From a virus (taxonomy: Duplodnaviria > Caudoviricetes): a DNA stretch of 55,830 bases. The notes below the pieces were generated by a model. The model saw only the letters and a list, made by a program, of their open reading frames with translations. It did not search any database and was not told the origin of the DNA. Shown one piece after another: positions 1 to 10,500 of this stretch. The stretch covers positions 1 through 55,830 of IMG/VR virus record IMGVR_UViG_3300020438_000050, one strand, 5' to 3'. Positions within the stretch are counted from its first letter, which is position 1; each line of letters starts with the position of its first letter. Position numbers and translations under genes: made by a program.

Positions 1-1048
1 CTTTTGCATTGCCTGCTTTTTTCATTGCTTCAATGCCTTTGCTTGCTTCGTCAACCAATTCTTCTGGCCCTAGTTCTACAGCCTTTGTTCCTTCTTTTAC
101 TAAGTTGTAAATGTACGGAAAGATATCTTGCAATTCTTCGTTAAACTGTCTAATAGTAAGTTCGTCGATCCAATTTTCAGCAACGTCATTTGGTACATCT
201 TCTAATACTGGAGTTTCAAATGCTTCAAATGTTTGCTTATAATAACCTGGCTTTTGTAATGACTCTATTGTTTTTTTAACTGTAGAAATGCGCTCTTTTA
301 CAATATCTAAATATCCTGATAAACTTTCTGCCATTACAGCTGAACGACCCATATAGTTTTTAAACTTACGCAGTTTTGCCATCTCTTCTGATAAACCTAC
401 AATATGTTTGCCAAAGTCATCATATGTGTTTCCACCTTCAGCAACGTGTCTTGCCATTGCTCTAGCACCACTTAGGTGTTTAAATGGATAACGGAATCTT
501 TCTCCGTCTGGTGATTCAATATAAATCTTACCAATATTTCTTGTACGTCCAATTGTACTTTCTTGATCAACACTTTCTGTGTGTTTAATCATTATACGTG
601 CTTCGCCTACATTTTGATAACTAATGCGGCTAGTTCCATAGAGTTTTGTTTCGTTCATTTTACCGTCCCCAGTACGATTTTTTGCTAAAAAATTATAATC
701 TTTTTTTGTTAAATTTGATTTGTTAATATCTCTTACACTAAAGTCTAACATTCTTTTTTTACTAAAAATTCTTAATTCTTTGAGAAAATTAAACCAATTC
801 TTTTTAGTAATATCATCTTGATATTCAACTATGTCATTTGAATAAAGCACAACTAAACCTTCGTTTTCGTCTATGCTTACACTTACTTTTCCAATAGGTG
901 TTCCGTCATTTGTATACGCAAAATCAAAAAATCTTGCTTCTCCAGGATTATTAGTTACTGTCCCTGCTTGATCTCCTATAGTCATATTAGGAAATCTGCT
1001 TCTCAGTTTCTTAAACAAATCTTGGCTTATGTTATCTAGTTTCTGCAT
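1..1048 (-). CDS. Hypothetical, probably virion protein; partial (runs off the left edge)
   Basis: Not in the ORF track. Minus frame starts MQKLDNISQDLFKKLRSRFPNMTIGD at 1048; internal segments read as protein (e.g. ERFRYPFKHLSGARAMARHV). GATAAATA lies 4 nt upstream of ATG. Confidence 0.75.
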   Translation of the reverse strand, partial: MQKLDNISQDLFKKLRSRFPNMTIGDQAGTVTNNPGEARFFDFAYTNDGTPIGKVSVSIDENEGLVVLYSNDIVEYQDDITKKNWFNFLKELRIFSKKRMLDFSVRDINKSNLTKKDYNFLAKNRTGDGKMNETKLYGTSRISYQNVGEARIMIKHTESVDQESTIGRTRNIGKIYIESPDGERFRYPFKHLSGARAMARHVAEGGNTYDDFGKHIVGLSEEMAKLRKFKNYMGRSAVMAESLSGYLDIVKERISTVKKTIESLQKPGYYKQTFEAFETPVLEDVPNDVAENWIDELTIRQFNEELQDIFPYIYNLVKEGTKAVELGPEELVDEASKGIEAMKKAGNAK

Positions 1049-1052
1049 ATTG

Positions 1053-1060
1053 TATTTATC
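1053..1060 (-). promoter_or_regulatory. T4-late-like promoter GATAAATA, leaderless spacing
   Basis: Minus strand GATAAATA-caat-ATG; the motif recurs before many structural genes. Confidence 0.65.
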
Positions 1061-2640
1061 TAATAGTTGGTACTTATAAAGATTGGCATAGGTGCTTCAT
1101 AGTCTTCTAAATCTTCGGCTTGTGTGAATGTACTATACACTCTCGGATCCCAATCTTTTAATACAGTCATCATCCTCAATGATAATAATGTAGCACTAAC
1201 AAGATCGTCAGTCATTCCGCTCTTTGCTTGATAGCTCGAACCAGTTGCAACAAATCCTTTAAGTTCAGATATTAAAGGTTTACTACGTATAATCATTTTA
1301 TCATTTTCTACCATTGTTTTTAATCTACTACATGCTGTAACTTTTGTACTATGTGTAGTATTAAAGCCTTTTCTAAACTTACGTACATGTCCTTTACGTA
1401 TTGGCTCGCTTACAAATAATCCTGGTATATTCTCTTCACCAAAGTCATTTATGACAATTAGTGCAGCTTCGCCTAAACCGTTATTCTCTACACTCCAATA
1501 TATACCTTGTGGATTTTTTGTTTGGTCGTCAATATATTTACATATGTCTGCAAGCACACGTATTTGTCCTGGTATAGCAGTTTGATTATGCTGCCATTCT
1601 GCTACTTGTTCATATGTTGGTAATTCAAAGACTTGTATAGCTGCATAGTCACCTCCGGTACCCATCGATGGATCAAGTGCAATGCAATAAGTGTATTGAC
1701 TTGTAGGCTTTTTATACCAACGTGTTTGCCCCATGTTTAGTATGGGAGAAGTGCCTTCCATTGCACTAAGTTTTATACTATTAACAAGCGTTTCGTCAAA
1801 TACTAGGAATTCACATCCGTATTCGCGTCTAAATTTCTCTTCACCAATACGACCAATTTCAGCTTCTTTCCACGCTTCGTCTCTGTCCGGGTGTTCTTGC
1901 CATTCTGCTACAAAACTATGAAATCCATTTGTGCCAAGTTCTTGCTCATTACCATGTGCATCAAACTTTTGCTCTGCTTGTTTCCATATAGTAGCAAATG
2001 TATCTTCGTCTGAATTAGGTGTACTAGTAATAATAGCACGACCACCTGTTGCTAGTGTAGGAGATATTGAAGTCCAAAATTCTTCTGCGATGTTAGGCTG
2101 CACAAATGCAAACTCGTCACAGTATAGTAATGAAATACTCATACCACGTCCAGTATTTCCAGTAGTTGTTTGTGATACAATCCTACTACCATTTTCAAAC
2201 TCTATACTACCTTTGTTGTAACTTGTAACGCCTGCCCTAATATGATCTTCACACGTTTCATAAACATAGCGTATGCGGGCCATAATCTCTTGCGCCCCTG
2301 TATACTTGTGTGCGGCAATAAGAATAGTTTGATCTGGATTAAACATAGCATACCATGCTAGATATATTGCAGCACAAGTTGTCTTGCCCGTTTGCCTAGG
2401 CATCATGTTTATGTTAAAACGATAGCTGTGATAACTGTGCATCAAACGTAATTGATACTCATAGGGGTCAAACAACAACTTACCTTGTACAGGATGCTGT
2501 ATAAAAGCAAACTTCTTAGCAAAGTATAAGTATCCTTCATCAGGATCTGTACATGCTAGTAAGTCAGCAATTTGTTCTTCTGTAAATGTTTCTTTGGTAT
2601 TAGCTTTTTTAGTTAATACGCCATCTAAACTCTTTGACAT
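1060..2640 (-). CDS. terL: Terminase large subunit (T4 gp17-like)
   Basis: Walker A-like MPRQTGKTT, Walker B LLYCDEFAF, coupling motif ITSTPN, FRREYGCEF, RNase H-type nuclease ALDPSMG...DY and DDLVSA. Confidence 0.95.
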   Translation of the reverse strand: MSKSLDGVLTKKANTKETFTEEQIADLLACTDPDEGYLYFAKKFAFIQHPVQGKLLFDPYEYQLRLMHSYHSYRFNINMMPRQTGKTTCAAIYLAWYAMFNPDQTILIAAHKYTGAQEIMARIRYVYETCEDHIRAGVTSYNKGSIEFENGSRIVSQTTTGNTGRGMSISLLYCDEFAFVQPNIAEEFWTSISPTLATGGRAIITSTPNSDEDTFATIWKQAEQKFDAHGNEQELGTNGFHSFVAEWQEHPDRDEAWKEAEIGRIGEEKFRREYGCEFLVFDETLVNSIKLSAMEGTSPILNMGQTRWYKKPTSQYTYCIALDPSMGTGGDYAAIQVFELPTYEQVAEWQHNQTAIPGQIRVLADICKYIDDQTKNPQGIYWSVENNGLGEAALIVINDFGEENIPGLFVSEPIRKGHVRKFRKGFNTTHSTKVTACSRLKTMVENDKMIIRSKPLISELKGFVATGSSYQAKSGMTDDLVSATLLSLRMMTVLKDWDPRVYSTFTQAEDLEDYEAPMPIFISTNY

Positions 2641-2645
2641 AAAAC

Positions 2646-2653
2646 TATTTATA
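2646..2653 (-). promoter_or_regulatory. T4 late promoter consensus TATAAATA, 5 nt before terL ATG
   Basis: Exact T4 gp55-type -10 sequence on the minus strand: TATAAATA-gtttt-ATG. Confidence 0.75.
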
Positions 2654-2654
2654 G

Positions 2655-2681
2655 AAAAAAATAGGCTCCGAAGAGCCTATT
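2655..2681 (-). terminator. Rho-independent terminator with UUCG tetraloop
   Basis: Minus strand ATAGGCTC-TTCG-GAGCCTAT followed by a T run. Confidence 0.85.
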
Positions 2682-2700
2682 GATTTATTTGGGGGATACT

Positions 2701-3615
2701 TTAGCTACAACCGCAGCTTGAACACGCCATTAATTTCTTTTTACCTGGTGCACCGCATTTTGGACAATCTTTTACTTGACCGCTTTCATCTGTACCTTTT
2801 TTAGATTTTTTATCAGCAATAGCTTTTTTCATTGGTTCTTTTTTATCGCCGTCGCCATCTAAGTCTGGAAAGTCTGGCTTTGCTTTCTTTTCACTAAGTG
2901 CTGCCATAAGTCTTTGTTTTACAGTTTCAACAGCCATTGGATTGTCACCTAGTTGTGTAGCAGCATATGCTTTCTTTTTTCGGTTTAAGTCGTTGCCATC
3001 TGGAATAGCATCGCTCATGTCACCGTATTGTGCATCAGGTTCGTTATCGTAACCTTCTTTTTCAGCACAGTCGCACGGATCATTATCGCAATTGCAATCA
3101 CTAACTTCTTCACCGGTAAGTTTATCACCTAGTTTAGCACCAATTGCACTAGGTGCTGCTTTGCCAATAGCACTGCCAATCTTAGAACCTAATGCTGCGC
3201 CACCCGGGCCACCTATTGCGCCACCAAGTGCTCCGCCGCCTAGCCCGCCAATGCCGCCGAGTGCAGCGCTTGCGCCCGGAACTGCTGCTCCAAGTGCTCC
3301 GCCTGCTAATGCTCCCATTAAGCCAGCTTTTAAATCTTCATCGCCTTCTACGTCATCTTTACCTGGAATATCCGGGTCGTCTCCCATTGCTGTGCGAAAC
3401 TTTTCCATGTCTCCACGCATTCCTAAACTTGGTGCCGGAGCAGCTGGTTTGTCTTGCATGCCTGCATTTCCTTGCATTGCTGCAATCATATCACTAATTT
3501 CGGCGCCTGTTTCTGCACTAATAGAAATTGTAGCGGCTTCGTTTAATTCAGTTCTTTTAGATGTTTCAGATGTTTCTATATCTGTCATCTGTTTTATAAG
3601 TTTTTTCATATCCAT
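2701..3615 (-). CDS. Low-complexity putative head/internal protein with glycine zipper, DxDxDG loop and C-terminal Cys4 motif
   Basis: GALAGGALG...GGALGGAIGG repeats, DLDGDGD, CPKC...CSSCGC; SD GGAGG upstream; located between the terminase genes. Confidence 0.6.
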   Translation of the reverse strand: MDMKKLIKQMTDIETSETSKRTELNEAATISISAETGAEISDMIAAMQGNAGMQDKPAAPAPSLGMRGDMEKFRTAMGDDPDIPGKDDVEGDEDLKAGLMGALAGGALGAAVPGASAALGGIGGLGGGALGGAIGGPGGAALGSKIGSAIGKAAPSAIGAKLGDKLTGEEVSDCNCDNDPCDCAEKEGYDNEPDAQYGDMSDAIPDGNDLNRKKKAYAATQLGDNPMAVETVKQRLMAALSEKKAKPDFPDLDGDGDKKEPMKKAIADKKSKKGTDESGQVKDCPKCGAPGKKKLMACSSCGCS

Positions 3616-3619
3616 GTTG

Positions 3620-4177
3620 TTAGCCTCCTACAACTGCTTTAGTATTTTCTTCCATCTCAATATCCGTTGATTCGCCTTTTGGGGCGCCTGCAGATGGTTC
3701 ATGATCTCTTTCTTTACGTGCTGTTTCTAATTCTTTAAGCAAGCTCATTACACGCTCACCGGCAACATCAGCTTGTGCGCTTTCACCGCCCATGTCTTCG
3801 GTATTTAATACTGATTCGTAAGGTGTATCGTCTTTTGTTTCCTGATATTCTTCTCTAGGATCATTTGTATTTCTAACAATTATATAACTTTGGTCAACAC
3901 CGCAACATCTACCTAAATATTCTTGTAACACTTGGCTTGTAGTTGGATATTCTACTTCAGCTTCAAAATACGTAACTTCCATATTTTGTAATTGAGGGAA
4001 ATCTAATGGACGTTCCTGGATTGGAGTTTTTTTGCCTGCTGTCATATTAACTACACTAAATTTCTTTAGAGCTGTTTCTAATTTATCTACACAGTCGTCT
4101 GGACAATCTCCAGCAACTCCTATTTTAAATTCATAAGTCTTTTTTGACTCTGTAAGTATTTCTTTAAATGATCTCAT
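3620..4177 (-). CDS. Hypothetical head-associated protein
   Basis: 185-aa ORF with GATAAATA (4204-4211) and AGGA upstream. N-terminus MRSFKEILTE resembles T4 internal-protein capsid-targeting leaders. Confidence 0.6.
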   Translation of the reverse strand: MRSFKEILTESKKTYEFKIGVAGDCPDDCVDKLETALKKFSVVNMTAGKKTPIQERPLDFPQLQNMEVTYFEAEVEYPTTSQVLQEYLGRCCGVDQSYIIVRNTNDPREEYQETKDDTPYESVLNTEDMGGESAQADVAGERVMSLLKELETARKERDHEPSAGAPKGESTDIEMEENTKAVVGG

Positions 4178-4202
4178 TGCGCACTGATCCTATTGTTATA
4201 TA

Positions 4203-4706
4203 TTATTTATCTTTATCCAAGCCTTTTAATCTTTCTAATAGGCTATTCCTATCAGTGACTACATAGCCTTCCCCGTTAACTATGTCGCTGTCACCGGTAC
4301 CTGAATCTTTATCCTGCTTTTCTTTTTTTAATTGTAGCTCAATCATTTTTAATTTTTTATCAAGCTTTGCTGTTTTTGCATCTAGTGTTGTTTTAAGCAT
4401 ACCGCCAGCTACTTCAAATACTCTACCACTATATCGACTTTCTACATTCATTCCTAGATCCATTAGATCTTCATACGCTTGCATAGCTTTGTCAGCAATA
4501 TCGTTAAGCTCTTTATCTGCCATTTCACCTAAGCCTTTAACAGCAGGTAATGCAGAACTAATTTTGTCAAATTCAGCAATGTCACGCATAGTTTTATTCT
4601 TTTCTTCTATTTCGTGCATTCTTTGATCTGCTTCTTGTTCTTCCGCTTGTTCTATTATTTCTTTAGAATCAGGCAAATTTAATAAATCTTCTAATTTTTT
4701 AGTCAT
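4203..4706 (-). CDS. Probable terminase small subunit (gp16-like)
   Basis: 167-aa helical protein with a central RVFEVAGGMLK segment like gp16-family helices; near terL; late motif at 4733-4740. Confidence 0.5.
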   Translation of the reverse strand: MTKKLEDLLNLPDSKEIIEQAEEQEADQRMHEIEEKNKTMRDIAEFDKISSALPAVKGLGEMADKELNDIADKAMQAYEDLMDLGMNVESRYSGRVFEVAGGMLKTTLDAKTAKLDKKLKMIELQLKKEKQDKDSGTGDSDIVNGEGYVVTDRNSLLERLKGLDKDK

Positions 4707-4735
4707 GGTTCCAATCCATTATATACTACTATTAT

Positions 4736-5173
4736 TTATCGTCTGCGACCATTATGAAATATATCTTCTTCGGTAACGATTCTAAATAATATTCGTTTTT
4801 GTTTACACCATGCTCTTGCTGCTTCCCACTTTGCTTGATTTACTACATAATGAGCTTGATTATGTTTGCTGTTTCCTAATTTATCTCGTCTTGCTTGACT
4901 TAACGGTTTAACTTCTATAAGTTCTACTCGCTGTTTCCCTCCTTTATCATTATATGCAATAAAAAAGTCAGGTACATATATGGTTTGTTTACCCGTTAAT
5001 GGATTTCTATAAGGAATACGTATTGCTTCACTTGCCCATTGACTTACACTTGGGTGCTCATCGCAAAATTTCATAAATGTAAATTCCCATCCTGATCTAT
5101 ATGTTGGTGATTTAGTACCTACATATTTGTCCGGGTTTTTAAGATTGTACTTTCCTTGGGCAAATCTTGACAT
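4736..5173 (-). CDS. gp4: Head completion nuclease (T4 gp4-like, TnsA-type PD-(D/E)XK)
   Basis: GKYNLKNPDKYVG, YRSGWE, YVPDF...LIEVKP, NQAKWEAARAWC, FRIVTE. Confidence 0.88.
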   Translation of the reverse strand: MSRFAQGKYNLKNPDKYVGTKSPTYRSGWEFTFMKFCDEHPSVSQWASEAIRIPYRNPLTGKQTIYVPDFFIAYNDKGGKQRVELIEVKPLSQARRDKLGNSKHNQAHYVVNQAKWEAARAWCKQKRILFRIVTEEDIFHNGRRR

Positions 5174-5535
5174 TAGTAAACAACATTTCTCTCATCAAAA
5201 AGTGAAGTTTCTGCAGAAGTTTTATAACCTAATGTAGATGTTTTCTTCCTATACAAGTTTAATATTTGAGATACAACATCAGTAAGTTCAATTTCTTTTA
5301 AGCCCTTTAATGTATCTAACAAGACGTATACAGGAACTTGATCTATTTGTGCTTGCTGTAAAAATATTGCTGCTGTGTTGATTGCTGATACTTTGTCAAA
5401 ACCTCTTTTTAGAAAATATCCTACTACTGCACTTACATCACTTGCATTATAAGAAATTGGGTCTTTAAAATAATTATTAAAAATAACTTGAGTTTCTTCT
5501 TGTGTAGGCTGTTGGGGATTACTACTTAATGCCAT
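5173..5535 (-). CDS. Hypothetical protein in the morphogenesis operon
   Basis: 120-aa ORF with 1-nt overlap/gap to its neighbours; SD AGGAG upstream. Confidence 0.7.
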   Translation of the reverse strand: MALSSNPQQPTQEETQVIFNNYFKDPISYNASDVSAVVGYFLKRGFDKVSAINTAAIFLQQAQIDQVPVYVLLDTLKGLKEIELTDVVSQILNLYRKKTSTLGYKTSAETSLFDERNVVY

Positions 5536-5536
5536 A

Positions 5537-6772
5537 TTATTCTCCTAAGGCGCTTTTCATAAAATTAAATAATTTAAAGTCGCCGGCAAATATTGCTGAT
5601 TGTATGTCAGATAATATAATATTTTTTTGGTCTGGTGATAATTGATTGTATCCTTGAAAGTCTAGGTCTTCAACAAATCCTGTGTTAAGTACTTTAGCAA
5701 GAAAGCTATTAAATGCTTCAGGGTTGTTACTTAATCTATTCCATGTTGATTCAGGATCTCCTGTTCTTCTACTTGCAGGTAGTCTAACATCCGGAACAAA
5801 GTTATTTTGTTGATCCCTAACAGGAGTAAAATATCCGGGAATAGTGCTTGAAGATCTAGGTCTAGTTGCTGTATTTTTGAAAATTGTACTTGTTAAAAAA
5901 TCACTAGCAACGCCTGCTACAACTGATTTTACAAGGGGACTTTTAAAAGGTAATATATCAGTTATTTTCTGTAAAACAGGAGTAAGAATAAGATCAGCTA
6001 TATTAGCAGTGCCTTGACTAGTTGTTAAAGGACTAAATGTATTGTCGTACAGTGTTTCGGGATCAGCAAAGTTTGTAGGTTCACTATTTTCTCCTATTAT
6101 TCCGTTATCATACATAACAGACTCGTAAGCAATAGAAATTGAGTTTTCATTAAAACTACTACCGTCTGAGCTATCAACTCCTCCATGGTTCCACGAACTA
6201 AGTAAAGGATTAACAAGAGTATAACTGAACCAATTTTGTAAACTCAGTTGATATATTTTTATTGTTGAAAAGAATGGTTTATCGTAAAAGTTATTTAATC
6301 CATAATTTGGTGTACGTGGCGAATACTTGTCTCTTGGTGCAAAACTTCCATCAGTAGTAGATGTAGACGAACTTAATGAATGATTTCCGTCTTGGAAATA
6401 AAATCTATAGTACTCTTCTAACATTGCTCTAGTTGCGCCTAAATTATCATCGTGTAATACAAGATTAACATCTTGATAATCTAGTCTAGTCTGCATATTC
6501 TTCTTGCGATTGTACTGTTGTTTATTTTGTATATCTGCTCTAAAACCAGGCAAATCTGCGGACTTTACTAATACACCGATTTGTTTTTGAAATTGTTTCA
6601 TATTTGAACCAATACTTACATCATCGGTAACTTCAAAAACAACATGATAAAGAAACTTTGTTTTAGGTGCAAATATATGCCCATACTCATTAAAAAGATT
6701 ATGTGCATGTTGTGCGTCACGCAAGTGAGTGTTTAACGCTTGATTATCTAAATAGTTGTTGAAAAAGCTCAT
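5537..6772 (-). CDS. Tail-tube-fold baseplate/tube initiator protein (gp48/gp54-like)
   Basis: Tube-like motifs VKSADLPG, QYNRK, DVNLVLHDD, ISIAYE; adjacent to the tube gene. Start revised to ATG 6772, 5 nt after GATAAATA (6778-6785). Confidence 0.6.
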   Translation of the reverse strand: MSFFNNYLDNQALNTHLRDAQHAHNLFNEYGHIFAPKTKFLYHVVFEVTDDVSIGSNMKQFQKQIGVLVKSADLPGFRADIQNKQQYNRKKNMQTRLDYQDVNLVLHDDNLGATRAMLEEYYRFYFQDGNHSLSSSTSTTDGSFAPRDKYSPRTPNYGLNNFYDKPFFSTIKIYQLSLQNWFSYTLVNPLLSSWNHGGVDSSDGSSFNENSISIAYESVMYDNGIIGENSEPTNFADPETLYDNTFSPLTTSQGTANIADLILTPVLQKITDILPFKSPLVKSVVAGVASDFLTSTIFKNTATRPRSSSTIPGYFTPVRDQQNNFVPDVRLPASRRTGDPESTWNRLSNNPEAFNSFLAKVLNTGFVEDLDFQGYNQLSPDQKNIILSDIQSAIFAGDFKLFNFMKSALGE

Positions 6773-6810
6773 ACTAATATTTATCCTCACTTATTAGGTG
6801 CGTATATAAT

Positions 6811-6841
6811 AAAAAAGCAGGAATCATTTGACCCCTGCTTC
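6811..6841 (-). terminator. Probable terminator after the tail tube gene
   Basis: AAGCAGG...CCTGCTT stem followed by a T run on the minus strand. Confidence 0.6.
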
Positions 6842-6872
6842 TTAAATTACAAGATACCCAATTACTAAGCTA

Positions 6873-7520
6873 TTAGCCAGTTACTTGAGTACCGCCTACG
6901 CCGTCTGCTGCAATTCTGCTTACTACTTCACCAACTCCAGTAAACTGCTCGTCTGCGCCATACTGGATAGCGTTGTCATAACGAATAGAAAGTGTTGTAG
7001 TTACTGCATCACTTGTAGCATATGCTAGTGTATTATAATTTGCTGATTCTAGATAACAACCTACTAGTTGGAATCTATCAATTACGTTTGAACCGTTGGC
7101 GCCGTTGCCGCCGTCTAAGATTTCAATTTTTGTAATAAACTTATATGTACCGCCTGATACAGCACTTGATTGTTCAAAGAAGTCAAACTGTCTTTGAAGC
7201 TGCTGACCAATGATTTTCTGTACATTGTTATTTGCATCTTCACGTAAAGTGATTGTAATTGGATCCCATGTGTGTTTACCAGCAAGATAGCTTCTTGAAT
7301 TATAAGCATCGATAGTCATTTGTTCAAACGTTAAGTTTGGACGAGTTACATCAACTACCTGTCTTGTAATTTCACGGATGCCGTCAGCACCACCTGTTGT
7401 ACCAAAATTTTCAAACAATACTCTAAAACGGTATTGTAATTTAGGCATGAGTAGTGAACTATTGCTTCCGCCACCATCTTCTGTTGGAATCGAAATATTT
7501 GTTAATGTTGTAATTGGCAT
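6873..7520 (-). CDS. gp19: Tail tube protein (gp19-like)
   Basis: PKLQYRFRV, LAGKHTWDPITITLRED, LSIRYDNA; directly after the sheath gene. Start revised to ATG 7520 with SD AGGAG and CATAAATA (7543-7550). Confidence 0.85.
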   Translation of the reverse strand: MPITTLTNISIPTEDGGGSNSSLLMPKLQYRFRVLFENFGTTGGADGIREITRQVVDVTRPNLTFEQMTIDAYNSRSYLAGKHTWDPITITLREDANNNVQKIIGQQLQRQFDFFEQSSAVSGGTYKFITKIEILDGGNGANGSNVIDRFQLVGCYLESANYNTLAYATSDAVTTTLSIRYDNAIQYGADEQFTGVGEVVSRIAADGVGGTQVTG

Positions 7521-7557
7521 TCTTGTTCTCCTGTTACAGTTGTATTTATGCAATTTA

Positions 7558-7579
7558 AGAGTGGGATTTCTCCCACTCT
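7558..7579 (-). terminator. GAAA-loop hairpin between sheath and tube genes (terminator or stabiliser)
   Basis: AGAGTGGGA-GAAA-TCCCACTCT perfect 9-bp stem; weak U tract. Confidence 0.55.
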
Positions 7580-7593
7580 ATAAAGTACGCATA

Positions 7594-10500
7594 TTATCCC
7601 AGAGCTGCAATTTCTCCTGTATTCTTAAGTCTTAATGGAATGTAAATGAATTCAATTGCTTTTACTGGTTCAATTGCAATATCCAAATACAGCTCGTTTC
7701 TATCTACTCTCGCAGGAGTATTGTTTGATTCGTCACACACAACTAAGAAGTCATATAATGCTCTTAGTCCAACCAATTCAATTAACAACTGATCAGCTGC
7801 AGATTTAATTTGGTCACGTGTAATTTTATCATTTGGTTCAAACAAATAAGGTCTTGCAAGTAGTTCCAATTGTCCACGTAAGTAAACAACCAAACGTGCT
7901 ACATTGACCCTATCTAGTGCAGAAGCATTTCTTGCTCTAGTTTTCTGACCAAATACAACTAACCCTGCTCCGCTAATAAACGTAATTGGGTTAATTTGTG
8001 CTGAGTACAACGTGTCACGCTGTCCTGTGTTAAGAGCAACACCTACAAATTCTCCTTCAGCATTAATAAAACCTGAACTTGAAGCATTTGTTACGCCGCC
8101 GCGTCTTGTACCTGCTGGAGCAAACCAGGGGAATGCTACTTGGTCATTAAGTACAAGTGTGCGTAGTGCCATATGTGATGCTGGAACTACAACATTGTTT
8201 CCAAAGTTATCACTTGAAAAGCCTGCTGGATAGTACATACCTAAATATTCGTCTTTAGATACACCACCTAAATCATTATCTTCTAGTGCGCCTCTTACGT
8301 TATTAGCCCACTCATTTAATGATGTAGCATCTGGTGTTAAGCGTAATGGTGTATCACCTACAACAAAAGCAGTTAAGCGTCTGTCATAATTAAGTGTAAC
8401 CATTTCACCAATCAATTCAGGATATCCTGGCGTAGCAACTAAGTTAAACTGGCGACTTTCTTCGTCACGTATATCTTGATTGCTGTTAACCATAGCCTGT
8501 AGTGCTTGTACGACACTCTTGCGCTGTGCATGACGTCCAAATGTGCCTGAGCCATCTGCATTGTTTCCTGAGTCAGTTACCCATCTATGTGGATAGTAAC
8601 TACCCATAGGTTGATCAATAACGTCTGCTGGATCTGAACTTTGTGGATCATCTACTTCAAAACGTTGATTTGAACCTGCAACATCAATTGAATTTAATAC
8701 AAATTTCTTAACATTAAATCCGCTTCTGCGTGTGTTCCATAGCAACATTCCTTTTGGATATAGTGCAGGATCTGGAGCATCTGGATCTAAGTAATCGTTA
8801 TCAAGTAAATCAACAATTGCTGCTGCTGCATATGGGCCTGCTGCGCTTCCGCCGCTTGTAGACCAACGTGCGTCTGCAAATAGCATACCTGCTTCAGTAG
8901 TTTGGTCTGACTTATCTACTAATACCCAGTCAGTTGATGTGCCATTATAACGATACACTAGCGGATAGTTTTCTAAGTCAGCTGTGCTAACCCATATGTC
9001 TCCATCTACTAACGGTGTTGTATCTGACTGTTTTGTTGGCTTAGATGCACTTACAATTGGACCACTTGGGTCTGTGTCTGCATAGTCTGCATTGTAGTTT
9101 TGATAACCTACCCATGTAGTACCATTGTGAATCATAATATCAACATCGTCAACTGTTGAGCTATACCAACGCTGTCCATCTGATGTAAGTGCTAATGGCT
9201 CTGCTGGTGATGCAGTGTATGTTAATGGCTTCCAGTTAGAAGCAACTAAACTATGCGTAGCATCGCCTGTTGGTGCAACATATAAGTTTGCTGTAGCAAG
9301 ATCTCTATTGCTTTCGTTAGCAGTCAGACCAGCAAATCCCATTTCATTTAAAAGACCATCTGTATCTATAATACGGAAATCTCCGCCTAACTTGTGCTCA
9401 ATAACAACTCTGTTTTGTGCGTTTACATACGATACAACGTTTGTAAAGTTAGCAGCGTTAATAGCGCCTGCGATAGTATCTGCATCTGCTGTTGTGCCGT
9501 TAATAACTACGTTAGTTACAGCTTTACTTGCAAGTGTCGCAGAATTTTTTACTGTTTCAGCAATTGTAAATGCTTTTGTGCCAGCTGTTAATTGTGAAAC
9601 AATTTTGTCAGATACAATTGAAGTAGCGCCTACTGCGGCTCTATAATGAATTTTATAGTTTGCTACAGTTGGTGTTTCCTCATCAATATTTACTCTTATG
9701 TATAAATCGTCTGCAAGTAAATTTTCGCCGCCACCTGTTTTATCTAATGCCATTAGCGCAGATTGGTTGCTCGTATATAACGGAGCATTAACATTATTCC
9801 AAAGTTGTGTATCTGTGCTATATTGCTTGACTCTCCAGTTAGCGCCACCGTTTGGTACTGTAGTTTTAATCCATAAGCTACCGGTTGGTGCTGGTGTTGT
9901 GTCGCCAGTTTTATAAGTAGGTACACTTGTATGCGGAGCAATAGTTAATCTTGGTACACTATACGTACCGTTTTCAATTCCTAAGCCGCCAGCTGCTGAG
10001 TCAGCAAGTCCTGTAAGTGAACCTTGTCCGCCACCAACTACAATCTTTCCGTCTGCATCGCTACCGTTTGAAGTTGCAGTCGAATCACCGTAAATTTCTA
10101 ATACGCCGTCTACTGCCGCTGCACTTACACCTGTAATGCCTGCACCATTGATATCGCTTGCTAAATTAGCAATTGTAGTTCCAGCTAGTGTCACTGTCAC
10201 TGTGTTAATTACAATTTCGTCACCGTTTACAAGTGTTGGATTACGTGAAGTACCTTTGACTGTTGCATGGCTTGCCATCCATTTATTACTACCAACTGTC
10301 ACCCATTCGCCTGCAGTAACACCTGTTGCGTTACCTGATGCTTTATAATATAGTTTGTTAGAATCAGCTGCAGCGTTAAGAGCAAAGTCTCCAATTGCGC
10401 CTACTGATCCTTTTGGAATACCTGTTGCAACATTTCCAACTAAGTCAGTAGTTTCAGTAATTACTTTTGTTGTAACTGCTGTAAATGATTGGCCGCCGCT

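Noticed and set aside
1060-2640. Intein or intron in terL
   Set aside because: Continuous 526-aa ORF with normally spaced motifs and no intein splice signatures.
3092-3670. 192-aa Pro-rich plus-strand ORF (and 3192-3497)
   Set aside because: Antisense shadow of the Gly/Ala-rich gene 2701-3615; no RBS or promoter seen.
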